Shown piece after piece: positions 10,307 through 20,578 of a stretch of 64,000 bases of DNA (its first letter is position 1; each line of letters opens with the position of its first letter). The DNA is from Promethearchaeota archaeon (GTDB taxonomy: Archaea; Asgardarchaeota; Lokiarchaeia; Sigyniarchaeales; SOKP01). Location of the stretch: contig JAUVXW010000022.1 in assembly GCA_030603385.1 (NCBI GenBank), forward strand, positions 1 through 64,000. Reading direction: 5' to 3'. A model generated the notes under the pieces. It was not told where the DNA came from. It made no database searches and was given only the letters and a program-made list of their open reading frames with translations. A program made the position numbers and the translations under genes.

Positions 10307-12154
10307 ATGAAAAATAGAAAAAACAATACTATTCAAAAACGTATTGTTGAGTTTTCACCAGGAAAAGATCCTTTTGAAAAAGCTCGCCATAAAGGTTCAC
10401 GAAATTGGATTTTCTCGCATATTCTTTTTAAATCTAATAAGTTCTATGTTGTAATTGTGTTATTTACGACAATTTTAACTTCCAACTTAACTTCTATTAC
10501 TTCTGTTCTTATCGGTAAAGCCATAAACGATTTATATTTTGGTATTACCTCTTCATTGGTATATTATACTATTATTATCTTAATATTGAGCATTTTTTCA
10601 CCAATTTTGAGAATGATAAGCTTTGCACTAAGAGAAATTATAGCTCATAGGATGGAAAGAGACTGTAGGAGGGAATTCTATTCTAACCTTTTAGGAAAGA
10701 GCCAATCTTTTCATGAGCAAATACAAATTGGCGAATTGATGGCCCTAGCAACTAATGATGTCCGCATGCTTAATTTTCTTATTAGTCCAGGAATCTCCTT
10801 AATATTCGAATCATTCACTGCTTTGGTAATCCCTTTAATTTATATAATACTCTTTTTTCCACTTCAACTAATATTAGCTCCACTTGTGTTTGCTGTATTA
10901 TTTTTAATTTCATTGAGATCTTATGTTAAAAAAATAGCTCCAATTTCATGGAGACTAAGGGGATTCTTCGGAGGGATGAATACAACTTTAAACGAAACAC
11001 TAACGGGGATAGAAGTTGTTAAGGCTACAGTTCAAGAAGTTGGTGAATTAGAAAAGTACATTTTAAACGCGAGGGGATATCGAGATGCTTTTATTGATCA
11101 AGGGAAAGTCCAGGCAAAATATATTCCTTTCTTAATATTAGCCCTAACTATTACTTTTGGTCTAACTCATGCAATTAGTCTAAATTTAATACTTGGGAAT
11201 CTATTGTTCCCAATTGGTTCCATTATTGGATATTTAGCGTTATTAAGGCAATTACGTTTTCCTACTCAAATTTCTCTATTTGTTTTTGCAATGGTTCGGG
11301 TAGCAATTACCAGTGCTCAAAGATTACTTAATATAATGAATCGAGAGACCGAAATTGATGAAAATATTGAAGGAATTTCGAAATCATTAGACGGAAGAAT
11401 AAAATTCGAGAATATGTCATTTTCTTACCCAGGAAGTGAAAAACCAGTATTAAAAAATATCAATTTGGAGGTGAAGCCAGGACAGACAGTAGCTTTTGTA
11501 GGTACAACGGGTTCAGGAAAAACAACACTAACCAAATTGATATCTCGTTTATATGATGTTGATAAAGGCAAAATATTAATTGATAATATTGATATCCGAG
11601 AATATGCTTTAAAATCGTTGAGGAGTCAAATATCATATATAGAACAAGATGTTTTCCTGTTTTCAGATTCAATTTTTAACAATATTTCATTTGGTAGAAC
11701 GTCCTCTAAGGAAGAAATTATTCAAGTAGCTAAAGAAGCTCAAGCTCATGATTTTATTTGTCAATTACCTAACCAATATGATTCTGAAGTTGGAGAGAGG
11801 GGCGTTCAATTGAGTGGTGGGGAAAGACAAAGAATAGCAATCGCTAGAGCATTTCTCTCTGATCCAAGAATTCTTGTTTTGGATGATTCAACTTCATCAA
11901 TAGATTCAAACACCGAGGATAAAATTCAAAGAGCAATTCGAAATATTCTCAAGGATAGAACAACACTTCTCATAACGCATAGGCTTTCACAGATAAGATG
12001 GGCAGACCTAATAATTGTCTTAAAAAGGGGAGAAATAACCGCAATGGGAACTCATGATGAACTTTTATCAACTTCAGATGAATATCAAAAAATCTTTATC
12101 AAAAAGTTTGATGTAGACATAGACCAAATAATAAAACACAAGGAGGCTTCTTGA
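10307..12154 (+). CDS. ABC exporter subunit (TMD+NBD), heterodimer partner 1
   Basis: TM region, Walker A GTTGSGKT, LSGGERQ, non-canonical Walker B LVLDD. Confidence 0.95.
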   Translation: MKNRKNNTIQKRIVEFSPGKDPFEKARHKGSRNWIFSHILFKSNKFYVVIVLFTTILTSNLTSITSVLIGKAINDLYFGITSSLVYYTIIILILSIFSPILRMISFALREIIAHRMERDCRREFYSNLLGKSQSFHEQIQIGELMALATNDVRMLNFLISPGISLIFESFTALVIPLIYIILFFPLQLILAPLVFAVLFLISLRSYVKKIAPISWRLRGFFGGMNTTLNETLTGIEVVKATVQEVGELEKYILNARGYRDAFIDQGKVQAKYIPFLILALTITFGLTHAISLNLILGNLLFPIGSIIGYLALLRQLRFPTQISLFVFAMVRVAITSAQRLLNIMNRETEIDENIEGISKSLDGRIKFENMSFSYPGSEKPVLKNINLEVKPGQTVAFVGTTGSGKTTLTKLISRLYDVDKGKILIDNIDIREYALKSLRSQISYIEQDVFLFSDSIFNNISFGRTSSKEEIIQVAKEAQAHDFICQLPNQYDSEVGERGVQLSGGERQRIAIARAFLSDPRILVLDDSTSSIDSNTEDKIQRAIRNILKDRTTLLITHRLSQIRWADLIIVLKRGEITAMGTHDELLSTSDEYQKIFIKKFDVDIDQIIKHKEAS

Positions 12155-12157
12155 AAC

Positions 12158-13972
12158 ATGTGGGTTGGACTAGAAGCTGAGGAATATGACAGAGAATTTT
12201 CAGATAGAGCCTTAATAAAACGGATCTTGCAATATTTTAGCCCGTATAAACGTCCCATGGGATTTGTAGTGTTCCTTTTAACCATTGCTTCTCTCTCTAG
12301 TTCTCTCATACCAATTTTGACGACTGTAGTTCTAAATAATATAGAAACCAATAGAAATGTAGTATATATTATTTTTGTAATAACACTTACTTTTACGTTG
12401 AATATATTAGGATGGGTTTTTAATTATTTTAGACGTCGTAAAATTTCTACAATCATTGGAGATGTGGTATTAGATTTAAGAAGGGATGCGGGGGAAGCAG
12501 TTTTAAATCATGATTTATCTTTTTTTGATAGAAATCCGATTGGTAAGATAGTGAGTCGAACTAATACAGATTCTAGAGATGTGGGTCAAATTGTTGAGCT
12601 CTCCCTTGATTTAGTATCCTCTTTTTTTATAGTAATTTTTTTATTAGTAATAATGGTTTTTATGAATATCATGTTATTTTTCGCAACATTGATTTCATTT
12701 CCTTTATTTTTTATTATAGCACTCTCTTATCGTAAAATTGCAAGAAGGAGAGCGTTATTAGGACAACGAGCACTCGCTTCCGTTAATGCATATGTCAAAG
12801 AAAGTTTCTCGGGAATTCAGATTGCAAAAACCTTCCGACAGGAACAAAAATTATATGAGACTTTTAATGAAGTAAATGACACCTCTTACAGAGTTAATCT
12901 ACGAAGAGGCTTTGTTTTTAGTGTGGTATGGCCTGCTTTGAGCATGATTCAAGGGTTGGTATTAACTTTAATAGTATTTCTTGGGGGATCAAGGGTAATA
13001 GATGGTACAATAAGTATCGGAGATTTGAACCTGTTTTTATCTGGGTTAGGTTTTCTATTTTTTCCATTGTTGTCTATTGCCTCATTTTGGCCAGTTTTTC
13101 AGACAGGTATGGCTGCTTCAGAGCGAATTTTTGCTTTAATAGATGCATTACCATTAATTGTTCAAAATGATAATATAAAACCACCAAGGCTTAATGGTGA
13201 AATTGAGTTTAGGAATGTTAATTTTAGATATGAAGCATCTAAGGAAATATTTCAAAATTTTAATTTAAAAATTAAACCTGGAGAATCTTTAGCTATTGTA
13301 GGTCATACAGGTGCAGGAAAATCAAGTTTAGCAAAATTGCTTGCTAGATTTTATGAATTTCAAGAAGGAGATATTTTAGTAGATGGAATTAGCATAAAGA
13401 GTTACGATCTAAATGAATATCGTAAACAGATTGGAATAATACCACAAACTCCGTTTCTTTGGGCTGATTCTCTCGAAAATAATATCAAATACTGTTGTAA
13501 AAATGCCACAGAAGAAGCTGTTTTTAATGCCCTTAATAACTCTAGTGGTTTTGATTGGATTGAAGATCTATCAAATGGTTTAAAGACTTATACTGGTGAA
13601 CGAGGTTGTCTAATTTCAATGGGACAGCGCCAATTAGTAGTTTTTGCTAGGGTCTTATTAGAAAACCCCTCAATCCTCATATTGGATGAAGCAACGGCGT
13701 CTGTCGATCCTTTTACTGAAACAAGAATTCAAGATGCATTACAAAAAACAATTGAAGGGCGAACATCCATCATTATTGCACATCGACTTTGGACAGTGAG
13801 GCATGTTGATCGTATAATTGTACTCGATCACGGACAAATTGTCGAGGAAGGTAATCATGATGAGCTAATGGCTAAAGGAGGAACTTATGCTGAGCTTTAC
13901 AACACATACTTCCGCCATCAATCGTTAGAATACATAGAAAAAATGAAAGAAATTGTGGAAAACAAGACTTAA
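12158..13972 (+). CDS. ABC exporter subunit (TMD+NBD), heterodimer partner 2
   Basis: Walker A GHTGAGKS, degenerate signature ISMGQ, ILDEAT; AGGAGG RBS at 12141; TmrAB-type asymmetry. Confidence 0.95.
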   Translation: MWVGLEAEEYDREFSDRALIKRILQYFSPYKRPMGFVVFLLTIASLSSSLIPILTTVVLNNIETNRNVVYIIFVITLTFTLNILGWVFNYFRRRKISTIIGDVVLDLRRDAGEAVLNHDLSFFDRNPIGKIVSRTNTDSRDVGQIVELSLDLVSSFFIVIFLLVIMVFMNIMLFFATLISFPLFFIIALSYRKIARRRALLGQRALASVNAYVKESFSGIQIAKTFRQEQKLYETFNEVNDTSYRVNLRRGFVFSVVWPALSMIQGLVLTLIVFLGGSRVIDGTISIGDLNLFLSGLGFLFFPLLSIASFWPVFQTGMAASERIFALIDALPLIVQNDNIKPPRLNGEIEFRNVNFRYEASKEIFQNFNLKIKPGESLAIVGHTGAGKSSLAKLLARFYEFQEGDILVDGISIKSYDLNEYRKQIGIIPQTPFLWADSLENNIKYCCKNATEEAVFNALNNSSGFDWIEDLSNGLKTYTGERGCLISMGQRQLVVFARVLLENPSILILDEATASVDPFTETRIQDALQKTIEGRTSIIIAHRLWTVRHVDRIIVLDHGQIVEEGNHDELMAKGGTYAELYNTYFRHQSLEYIEKMKEIVENKT

Positions 13973-14010
13973 CAAGTGAAATTTAAAAAAAAAGTTTGAA
14001 AATAATTAAG

Positions 14011-14553
14011 TTAATCTGCTATTTTTGCTATAATATATGCGAAGATTAAAATTCCCCCAGCAACCATTGTTAATATCATACCTAATCCCATGGTAAATCC
14101 AAAAATAATCCCATACTCCTCTAAGATTCCAGGAATGATAGCGACCATAATTACAATCACTACTACTTGAGAAATTATCTTGGCAATTCCAGAACCTAAC
14201 CATCTTTTTCTTGCTTTTTTGACCTCTTTACTTCCAGTTTTAACTCTAATTGCTCCGATTAGTAATGTCAAAGCATCAAGTCCATACCCAACTGCAAATA
14301 TAATCCCTACCCACATGAATGCATTTCGCACATTTTCAGCATCTGAGTATAAACCGACATAAGCTTCAAGCTCCTCTAAAAAGCTACCCCCAAAAGGTAA
14401 AAGATCTCCCGCAACAGAGAAATCAGGTGGAGGTGGGTGAGGCGCAATATAATAATCCATAGAAAGATACATAATAGGTAAGAATAGTAGAACTATCATT
14501 AACACAACGACGATTATTGGAAATAGAAAAATCCAATCTTTTGTTTCCGCCAA
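14011..14553 (-). CDS. four-TM membrane protein
   Basis: Four hydrophobic segments, large first loop; architecture resembles 58414..58965. Confidence 0.75.
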   Translation of the reverse strand: MAETKDWIFLFPIIVVVLMIVLLFLPIMYLSMDYYIAPHPPPPDFSVAGDLLPFGGSFLEELEAYVGLYSDAENVRNAFMWVGIIFAVGYGLDALTLLIGAIRVKTGSKEVKKARKRWLGSGIAKIISQVVVIVIMVAIIPGILEEYGIIFGFTMGLGMILTMVAGGILIFAYIIAKIAD

Positions 14554-14924
14554 ATTTATTCCCTTTTTGTTTTTTATAAAATTTTTTTAATAACAAGAAA
14601 TAATAAACTACCTTTTAAAAAGCTTATAGAAAAAATTGAACTATATAAGAAAATAATTTTAAAAATTTATAAACGGGTTATATATCGAGTTCTCTCCCAT
14701 TCACTTACTACAAGTTTAAAAAGCTTATAGCAAATTGGTATAAGAATTTCTAAAAAAGACCATTTCTAAAAATTAAAACTAAAATTAATTTTTGGGCAAT
14801 AATTACCCTTAAATTTGAATCTGTAAATCCGTACTTGATAATTATTATATTCTTATAATATTTATTTAATCATGGATACACATATATATCAAGTAATGAT
14901 AAAAATCTCTTTGCTAAAAAGTAA

Positions 14925-15422
14925 GTGAAATTAATGCCATCCGAATATTTTGATGAACGGTATTATAATGGTGATGAAGATATTAGTGAATCTGAACTTC
15001 TTTTAAGACGAGATTTTGATGTAACCGGAAAAGAATTAGAAAGTTTGACTGAGTTCCTAAGCAACATTCTTAAACATTGTGATTTCGAAATATTGGCATT
15101 AACCAGTAGAAATGGGATGCTAGTTTCTGCTGTTTTCATTAACATTATTAAAAACCTTCATAAAGAGTTCGATCTTCTATATTCTCGTTACTTATGGGAT
15201 TATGAAGATGTTAATGGTAATAATAAAGAGTTTATTAAAAAAGGATGGAGCGATATAGAAATACGAGGGGAATTGGGTAAATTGATCGTTGCAGAAGCAG
15301 GAATATTTCTGTTAATAGGTGTATTATTTAAAAAATCAGATTTAAAGAAATTGGAAACAATAATTCAATATTATTCGGGAGAAATCAGAAAAAGATTCCA
15401 TAAAAAGTTCCTTGAGAGATAA
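14925..15422 (+). CDS. roadblock/LC7-like domain protein
   Basis: ILALTSRNGMLVSA and IEIRGELGKLIVAEAG..LLIGVL match the roadblock strand pattern. Confidence 0.55.
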   Translation: MKLMPSEYFDERYYNGDEDISESELLLRRDFDVTGKELESLTEFLSNILKHCDFEILALTSRNGMLVSAVFINIIKNLHKEFDLLYSRYLWDYEDVNGNNKEFIKKGWSDIEIRGELGKLIVAEAGIFLLIGVLFKKSDLKKLETIIQYYSGEIRKRFHKKFLER

Positions 15423-15540
15423 AAAATTGTAAATTAAGAAAAAAAAAATATAGTTTTGATAAAAATAATTAACTAAAATATGAGGGAGGTAATAATTAAA
15501 TTTATTAAAGAAATTAGCCAAAACTTTATTAAGCAAGATT

Positions 15541-16890
15541 TTATAACCTTATGTAGCGATTTCTTTCCCATTCCGAGACTACTACTCTGTAAGCATTATA
15601 CTCTTCAAGCTTAGCATAGTAATAGTTCTTGAAAGCAGTCTCTCCAAAAATTTCCTTCATCAATTCAGAGTCTTTGAATTCTTTTAATGCTTCCTGGAGG
15701 CTTCCTGGCAAAGATATAATCCCTTCCTTTTCCATTTCCTTGGAAGTAAGATGATAAACATTTCTATCTGTCGCTTCAGGAATCTCGATGTTATCTGATA
15801 AAATCCCCTCCAATCCGGCTGCTAAGAGCACACTAAACTGAAGATATGGATTTCCTGATGGATCTGGGCAACGGATCTCTACTCTAGCAGCATTAGGGCT
15901 CCCATGAAAATCAGGTACTCTAAGCAAAGGTGATCTATTTCGAAATCCCCATGCGAGATAGACAGGTGCTTCATATCCAGGAACAAGTCTCTTATAGGAA
16001 TTTGGCCAACTACTTAAAACAGCACACATAGCCCTGGCATGCTTTAATTGACCAGCAATCCATTTCTTCATGAGATGTGAAATATTATCACCATCTTTCT
16101 CATCGTAAAATACATTTTTTCCATTATTCCATAAAGATTGATGTACATGCATCCCAGAACCATTTATTCCATGAAAAGGCTTAGCCATAAACGTTCCTAC
16201 AAGATTATGATTCGCAGCAACAGTTTTAACTATTGTTTTTATTGTAATTGTATTATCAGCTGTATTTACGGCTTTATCATACCGGAAATCTATTTCATGT
16301 TGGCCAAAAGCGACTTCATGATGGACGCATTCAACGGAGATCCCCATAGCATCGCAGTATTCTGCAATCGTATATCTTATCATTTCACTTATATCATAAG
16401 GGTCATAATCGAAATAACCTCGCAGATCTGAAGGTTTAAATTCTTGTTTAGTATCTGGAGTTAGTATAAAAAATTCCATTTCTGGAGCACAATAATAAGA
16501 ATAACCATGATCTTCTACTTTTTTTACAGCTCGCTGCAAGATATAGCGAGGATCTCCTTTATATCGTTCACCATCTGGTTTATAGATATCACAAATAGCT
16601 CTTGCAACCTTATTTTCCTTTCTCCATGGTAAAAGATAAAAAGTACTGGGATCTGGGAGTGCAACCTTATCAGATTCCTCAATAGCACCATATCCTGTTA
16701 TTGAACTTCCATCAAAACTCTGACCAATTTCAAAGATATCTTCAATCCTTTTAGAATTAACCTCAAACGATTTTATAATACCATGAATATCCGTAAATTG
16801 GAGATAAATGAACTTAACGTCATCCTCCTTTATTTTTTCGATTACGACTTCACACAATTCTTTCCTTTTTGGATTATCTTTTTCAATCAT
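15541..16890 (-). CDS. glnA: glutamine synthetase type I
   Basis: FDGSSI, HHEVAFGQHEI, GINGSGMHVHQS, NSYKRLVPGYEAP, RNRS, EIRCPDPSGNPY. Confidence 0.97.
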   Translation of the reverse strand: MIEKDNPKRKELCEVVIEKIKEDDVKFIYLQFTDIHGIIKSFEVNSKRIEDIFEIGQSFDGSSITGYGAIEESDKVALPDPSTFYLLPWRKENKVARAICDIYKPDGERYKGDPRYILQRAVKKVEDHGYSYYCAPEMEFFILTPDTKQEFKPSDLRGYFDYDPYDISEMIRYTIAEYCDAMGISVECVHHEVAFGQHEIDFRYDKAVNTADNTITIKTIVKTVAANHNLVGTFMAKPFHGINGSGMHVHQSLWNNGKNVFYDEKDGDNISHLMKKWIAGQLKHARAMCAVLSSWPNSYKRLVPGYEAPVYLAWGFRNRSPLLRVPDFHGSPNAARVEIRCPDPSGNPYLQFSVLLAAGLEGILSDNIEIPEATDRNVYHLTSKEMEKEGIISLPGSLQEALKEFKDSELMKEIFGETAFKNYYYAKLEEYNAYRVVVSEWERNRYIRL

Positions 16891-17063
16891 CTTATTTTAA
16901 TTAAAAACTTTCTTATATTAATATAATTAAATGCAATTACACTTAAAAATCATTTGATCTTTTTCAGAAACTACCTCAAATTCTGAACTTTTTAAATTAG
17001 TTTTTGTCGGCGAATGAAAAAAATCCGTTATATTTATTAGGAAATAAAACCCACTATTACTAG

Positions 17064-17594
17064 ATGAATGTTATTAAAGATAACAAGGTTGATGAGTTAG
17101 ACCTTGAAATATTGAAAATTCTAAGTATTGATAGTCGAAAAAATAAGAGTACTATAGCTGAAGATCTAAAACGTTCACCAAATACCATAATTAAGCATGT
17201 TAAAGATTTAGAGGAGGCTGGTATCATTAAAAATTATGGTATTCAAATTGATTATGAGAAATTAGGCTATGAAATTATAGCCATTATAGAAATAACTGTT
17301 TCAAAAGGTAAGATGTTTGAAGTCGAGGAAAAAATAGCACAAAATCCCAATGTATATGGAGTTTATGATCTAACAGGAACCTATGATGCTCTAATTTTGG
17401 CAAGATTTAAAACGAGATCAGAACTCAGTAAGATGATAAAAGAAGACATCCACGCATCACCTTTCGTTGAGCGCACTAATACACATATAGTATTGAATAT
17501 AATTAAAGAAAAAAGCTCCTTAGCTGAATTAATAACAAAAGAAGATGAGAATAAGAAACTACTAGAAATAAATCAAATTAAAAGCGAACTTTAG
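17064..17594 (+). CDS. Lrp/AsnC family transcriptional regulator
   Basis: DELDLEILKIL HTH, IDYEKLG, YDLTGTYD, VERTNTHIVL; divergent from glnA. Confidence 0.93.
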   Translation: MNVIKDNKVDELDLEILKILSIDSRKNKSTIAEDLKRSPNTIIKHVKDLEEAGIIKNYGIQIDYEKLGYEIIAIIEITVSKGKMFEVEEKIAQNPNVYGVYDLTGTYDALILARFKTRSELSKMIKEDIHASPFVERTNTHIVLNIIKEKSSLAELITKEDENKKLLEINQIKSEL

Positions 17595-17718
17595 AAAATG
17601 TTTTATTCATAACCTATGTTATTAAAAATGTTTCATCAAAATTATCAGGATCTCTAATTTCGTTCACATCTTATCGAAAACTTTTTGTAGAATCCTGAAA
17701 TTATTTCAATAAAAACAC

Positions 17719-17774
17719 ACTTTTGTCAAAAATTCATTCACTTTTAATAAAATTCTTGAATTTTGTCGAAAATT
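17719..17774. promoter_or_regulatory. two palindromic TTTT-GTCR-AAAA sites 40 bp apart (candidate Lrp-type operators)
   Basis: acTTTTGTCAAAAAtt at 17719 and aaTTTTGTCGAAAAtt at 17759; related site ataTTTGTCAAAAtat at 28138. Confidence 0.4.
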
Positions 17775-17941
17775 AAAAGATTTTAGGTAAAAATTGTTCA
17801 ATAAATGACAGTAAATATTAAATAGGAGTATCCTAAAACTAAAGAGTTTTCATTTCTATTCTCGAATATCTTCAATCCGTTCAGTATTGATCTAAAATCT
17901 TGTAAACATTTTTAGAAAAATCAGAAAAAACTAGAAGAAAG

Positions 17942-17991
17942 TTTAAATAATCATGATCCTATATTATACTAACTACGGGAGAAAGTTCCCG
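17942..17991 (+). promoter_or_regulatory. TATA box plus GC-rich palindrome CGGGA-N6-TCCCG (candidate operator)
   Basis: TTTAAATA at 17942 preceded by purine-rich BRE-like run; CGGGAGAAAGTTCCCG at 17976-17991. Confidence 0.5.
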
Positions 17992-18050
17992 CAATTATAA
18001 AACAAAGGTAATTAAAAAAAATAAAATAATAAATTTTCAAGTAGGAGGTA

Positions 18051-18284
18051 ATGCAAATAACAATTCAAGAGTATTTTCGAACATGGGAAGAAATTTGCTT
18101 AGAAAAGTTAAGAGAAATAGGAAGAAGCTCATCAGCAGAATGGGCTAGGGCAATGGGATATGGAGAAAACCGTAATGGAGTGACAACAGTGATTAAGCGA
18201 ATTAAAAAAACTATGCCTGAAAGGTTAATGATTTATTATAATGCAAGACCACGATTATATGAAGTGGTACAAGGAGAGATTTGA
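18051..18284 (+). CDS. small winged-helix-like protein
   Basis: GGAGGT RBS; helix-turn-helix-like SSAEWARAMGY..GVTTVIKRI followed by a beta-wing ARPRLYEV. Confidence 0.6.
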   Translation: MQITIQEYFRTWEEICLEKLREIGRSSSAEWARAMGYGENRNGVTTVIKRIKKTMPERLMIYYNARPRLYEVVQGEI

Positions 18285-18302
18285 AAAAGAGTGTGAATTA
18301 AA

Positions 18303-18800
18303 ATGCCGTTAAAATGTCAAATTTGTGGAGAAGAATATTTATACGATGGAAAGATATGCCATACCTGCGAAGAAACTGCCATAACTAGCGGTTTAAGTTC
18401 TCAAGATGGAAATTATCGTAAGTGGAGATGTGATAATTTTACAGAATTAAACGGTTTAGTATTTGGAAGTAATCTAGATAACAGAAAAGAATTAAAATTG
18501 ATTGAATGTCCTGAATGTGGAGAAAAATATTCATATGGCAGGATAATATGCCATACTTGTAAGGGCAATTCAATACCGTTTGGAAGAATATTCGAGTCAG
18601 AGAGAAAAGCACGTAGGTGGAATTGTGATACCACAATGGCTTGTATGGAGTTATTAGCATCTGATTTAGATCCCCTTGAGTCAATTGTAAAAGAAGTACC
18701 CCATTTAGAAAAACTCGAGAATAATGAACGCGATTGGAACATATTTAACAATATACAAATTAATGAAAGAAAATTAAATAATTTTTTAAAGTTTGAGTGA
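18303..18800 (+). CDS. protein with two internal zinc-ribbon repeats
   Basis: CQICGEEYLYDGKICHTC..RKWRCD and CPECGEKYSYGRIICHTC..RRWNCD. Confidence 0.7.
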   Translation: MPLKCQICGEEYLYDGKICHTCEETAITSGLSSQDGNYRKWRCDNFTELNGLVFGSNLDNRKELKLIECPECGEKYSYGRIICHTCKGNSIPFGRIFESERKARRWNCDTTMACMELLASDLDPLESIVKEVPHLEKLENNERDWNIFNNIQINERKLNNFLKFE

Positions 18801-18859
18801 AAATTTAAAAATTCAAAAATAAAGAATAGAAAAATAAAACAAGGGAGTTAAGAGAAAAA

Positions 18860-20509
18860 ATGACGAAATTTTCGATGGTTACCCATCAAACAAGCATGAT
18901 CGGGTCTAGAACGAGAGTTGAGGATTCTTGTGAGTCTGGATTATGCCCGATTTGTATTGCTGATTGTCCTGTTTTTTGCGAAGTTTCAAAATCAGCTTTA
19001 CGAGGACGTGAAGTTTTATATCCTCGGAGAGAATATTTTGGAAATTCTACTGCGGGTTCTCCAAAAGATTTTGGATTCTCGTTTAGCGACTTTCAAATTC
19101 AATTTGAATGTCGAGGAGCCCAGGGAATAGAAGCAGACGCAGATAAAGTGATATTTCCTAATGTTAGCATCAAAACTAAGTGGGGGAATATTGAACAAAA
19201 GTATCCATTTTTACTTCCAGGTTTAGGAAGTACTTACGTTGCAAAACGAAATTGGGATGGTTTGGCAATAGGAGCTGCATTAACAGGAGTTAGTATGACT
19301 ATAGGCGAGAATGTGGTTGGGATGGATCCCTATGCCAAATTTGCAAACCACGCCTTATACCCTAAAGTGATCGATACTGAAGACATGAAAAATCGAGTTG
19401 AAAAATATAGAGAATTTTGGGATGGGAAGCATGGGGATATTATTGTCCAGAAAAATGTAGAAGATACAAGATTAGGTGTTTTTGATTACGTCATGTCTAA
19501 TTTAGAAGTAAACTCTCTTGAAATAAAATTTGGTCAAGGTGCAAAAGCAATTGGAGGCGAAGTGAGATTAGAATCGTTGGAGCGTGCACAATTATTGCAA
19601 AATAGAGGATATTTAGTGTTTCCAGATCCTTCTGATCCTGTTATTATTGAGCAATGGAAAGCAGGATTAATACCTGACTTTGAAAGACATAGTAGAGTTG
19701 GATTATCATCTACAGAAGATGTTTTAGAAGAAATTGATCAAGTTCGCTCGAGTGGAGCAAAAAATATTTTTATCAAAACAGGAGCATATCGACCAGCAGC
19801 AACAGCCTGGATTTTGAGGTTAGGTATTGAAGGAAAAGTGGATGGAATGACTTTTGATGGTGCTGGTGGAGGCACTGGAATGAGCCCTGTAAGTATGATG
19901 AATGAAGGATCAATTCCTACAGCCTATTTAGAAGCACTTATAGTTGGATGCCTTGATATGATTAAAAATAAAAACCCAAACGCTACTATACCCTCTATTG
20001 CAATAGCAGGCGGGATTGCAAATGAAACACAAATATTTAAAGCACTTGCAATGGGCGCTCCTTATATAAACTGCATTGCTATGGCAAGAGCACCAATTAC
20101 TGCTGCTATGAAAGCGAAATATATAGGAGAAGTTATTGGCAAAAGAGAAGCCACACCAGCAATGTTAACGAACTTAGGATTCCCTAAGGATAAAGATCCT
20201 AAAAGTTTAACCTTAAGTGAAGCTTTTGTTGAATATGATGGTTTAAATAGAATTCATAATGGACATCTTATTCCTCCTTCGGCGATTGGAGTTTATACTT
20301 ATTTTACTAGCAAATTAGGTATTGGATTAAAGCAGTTGCTGGCCGGAGTTCGAAAATTTAAATTAAATCTCTTGGATCGCCAAGACATCGCATATATTTC
20401 TCAAAGAGCTAAAGAAGTGTGTAAAAAGTGGAGCCTTGGAGTTAAATCTCAAGAATCAATTGATTTTGAGTTAGTTAAAGAGGAAATTTATTCGGGGAAT
20501 TATGAATAA
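18860..20509 (+). CDS. FMN-binding glutamate synthase family protein (archaeal stand-alone type)
   Basis: CPICIADCPVFCE cluster, EIKFGQGAKAIGGE, DGAGGGTGMSP, IAGG, ALAMGAP. Confidence 0.85.
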   Translation: MTKFSMVTHQTSMIGSRTRVEDSCESGLCPICIADCPVFCEVSKSALRGREVLYPRREYFGNSTAGSPKDFGFSFSDFQIQFECRGAQGIEADADKVIFPNVSIKTKWGNIEQKYPFLLPGLGSTYVAKRNWDGLAIGAALTGVSMTIGENVVGMDPYAKFANHALYPKVIDTEDMKNRVEKYREFWDGKHGDIIVQKNVEDTRLGVFDYVMSNLEVNSLEIKFGQGAKAIGGEVRLESLERAQLLQNRGYLVFPDPSDPVIIEQWKAGLIPDFERHSRVGLSSTEDVLEEIDQVRSSGAKNIFIKTGAYRPAATAWILRLGIEGKVDGMTFDGAGGGTGMSPVSMMNEGSIPTAYLEALIVGCLDMIKNKNPNATIPSIAIAGGIANETQIFKALAMGAPYINCIAMARAPITAAMKAKYIGEVIGKREATPAMLTNLGFPKDKDPKSLTLSEAFVEYDGLNRIHNGHLIPPSAIGVYTYFTSKLGIGLKQLLAGVRKFKLNLLDRQDIAYISQRAKEVCKKWSLGVKSQESIDFELVKEEIYSGNYE

Positions 20510-20578
20510 ATTAATTCCCTCCTTTTTCATACAATAAAATTAGAAATAATTAAATCTAAAATAAATAAAAAATTTCGA

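Noticed and set aside
12152-12160. The two ABC half-transporters are in frame, separated only by TGA-AAC, so readthrough would give a P-glycoprotein-like fusion
   Set aside because: The second gene has its own strong AGGAGG RBS and ATG, heterodimeric pairs are normal, in-frame spacing occurs by chance one time in three, and no recoding element was seen
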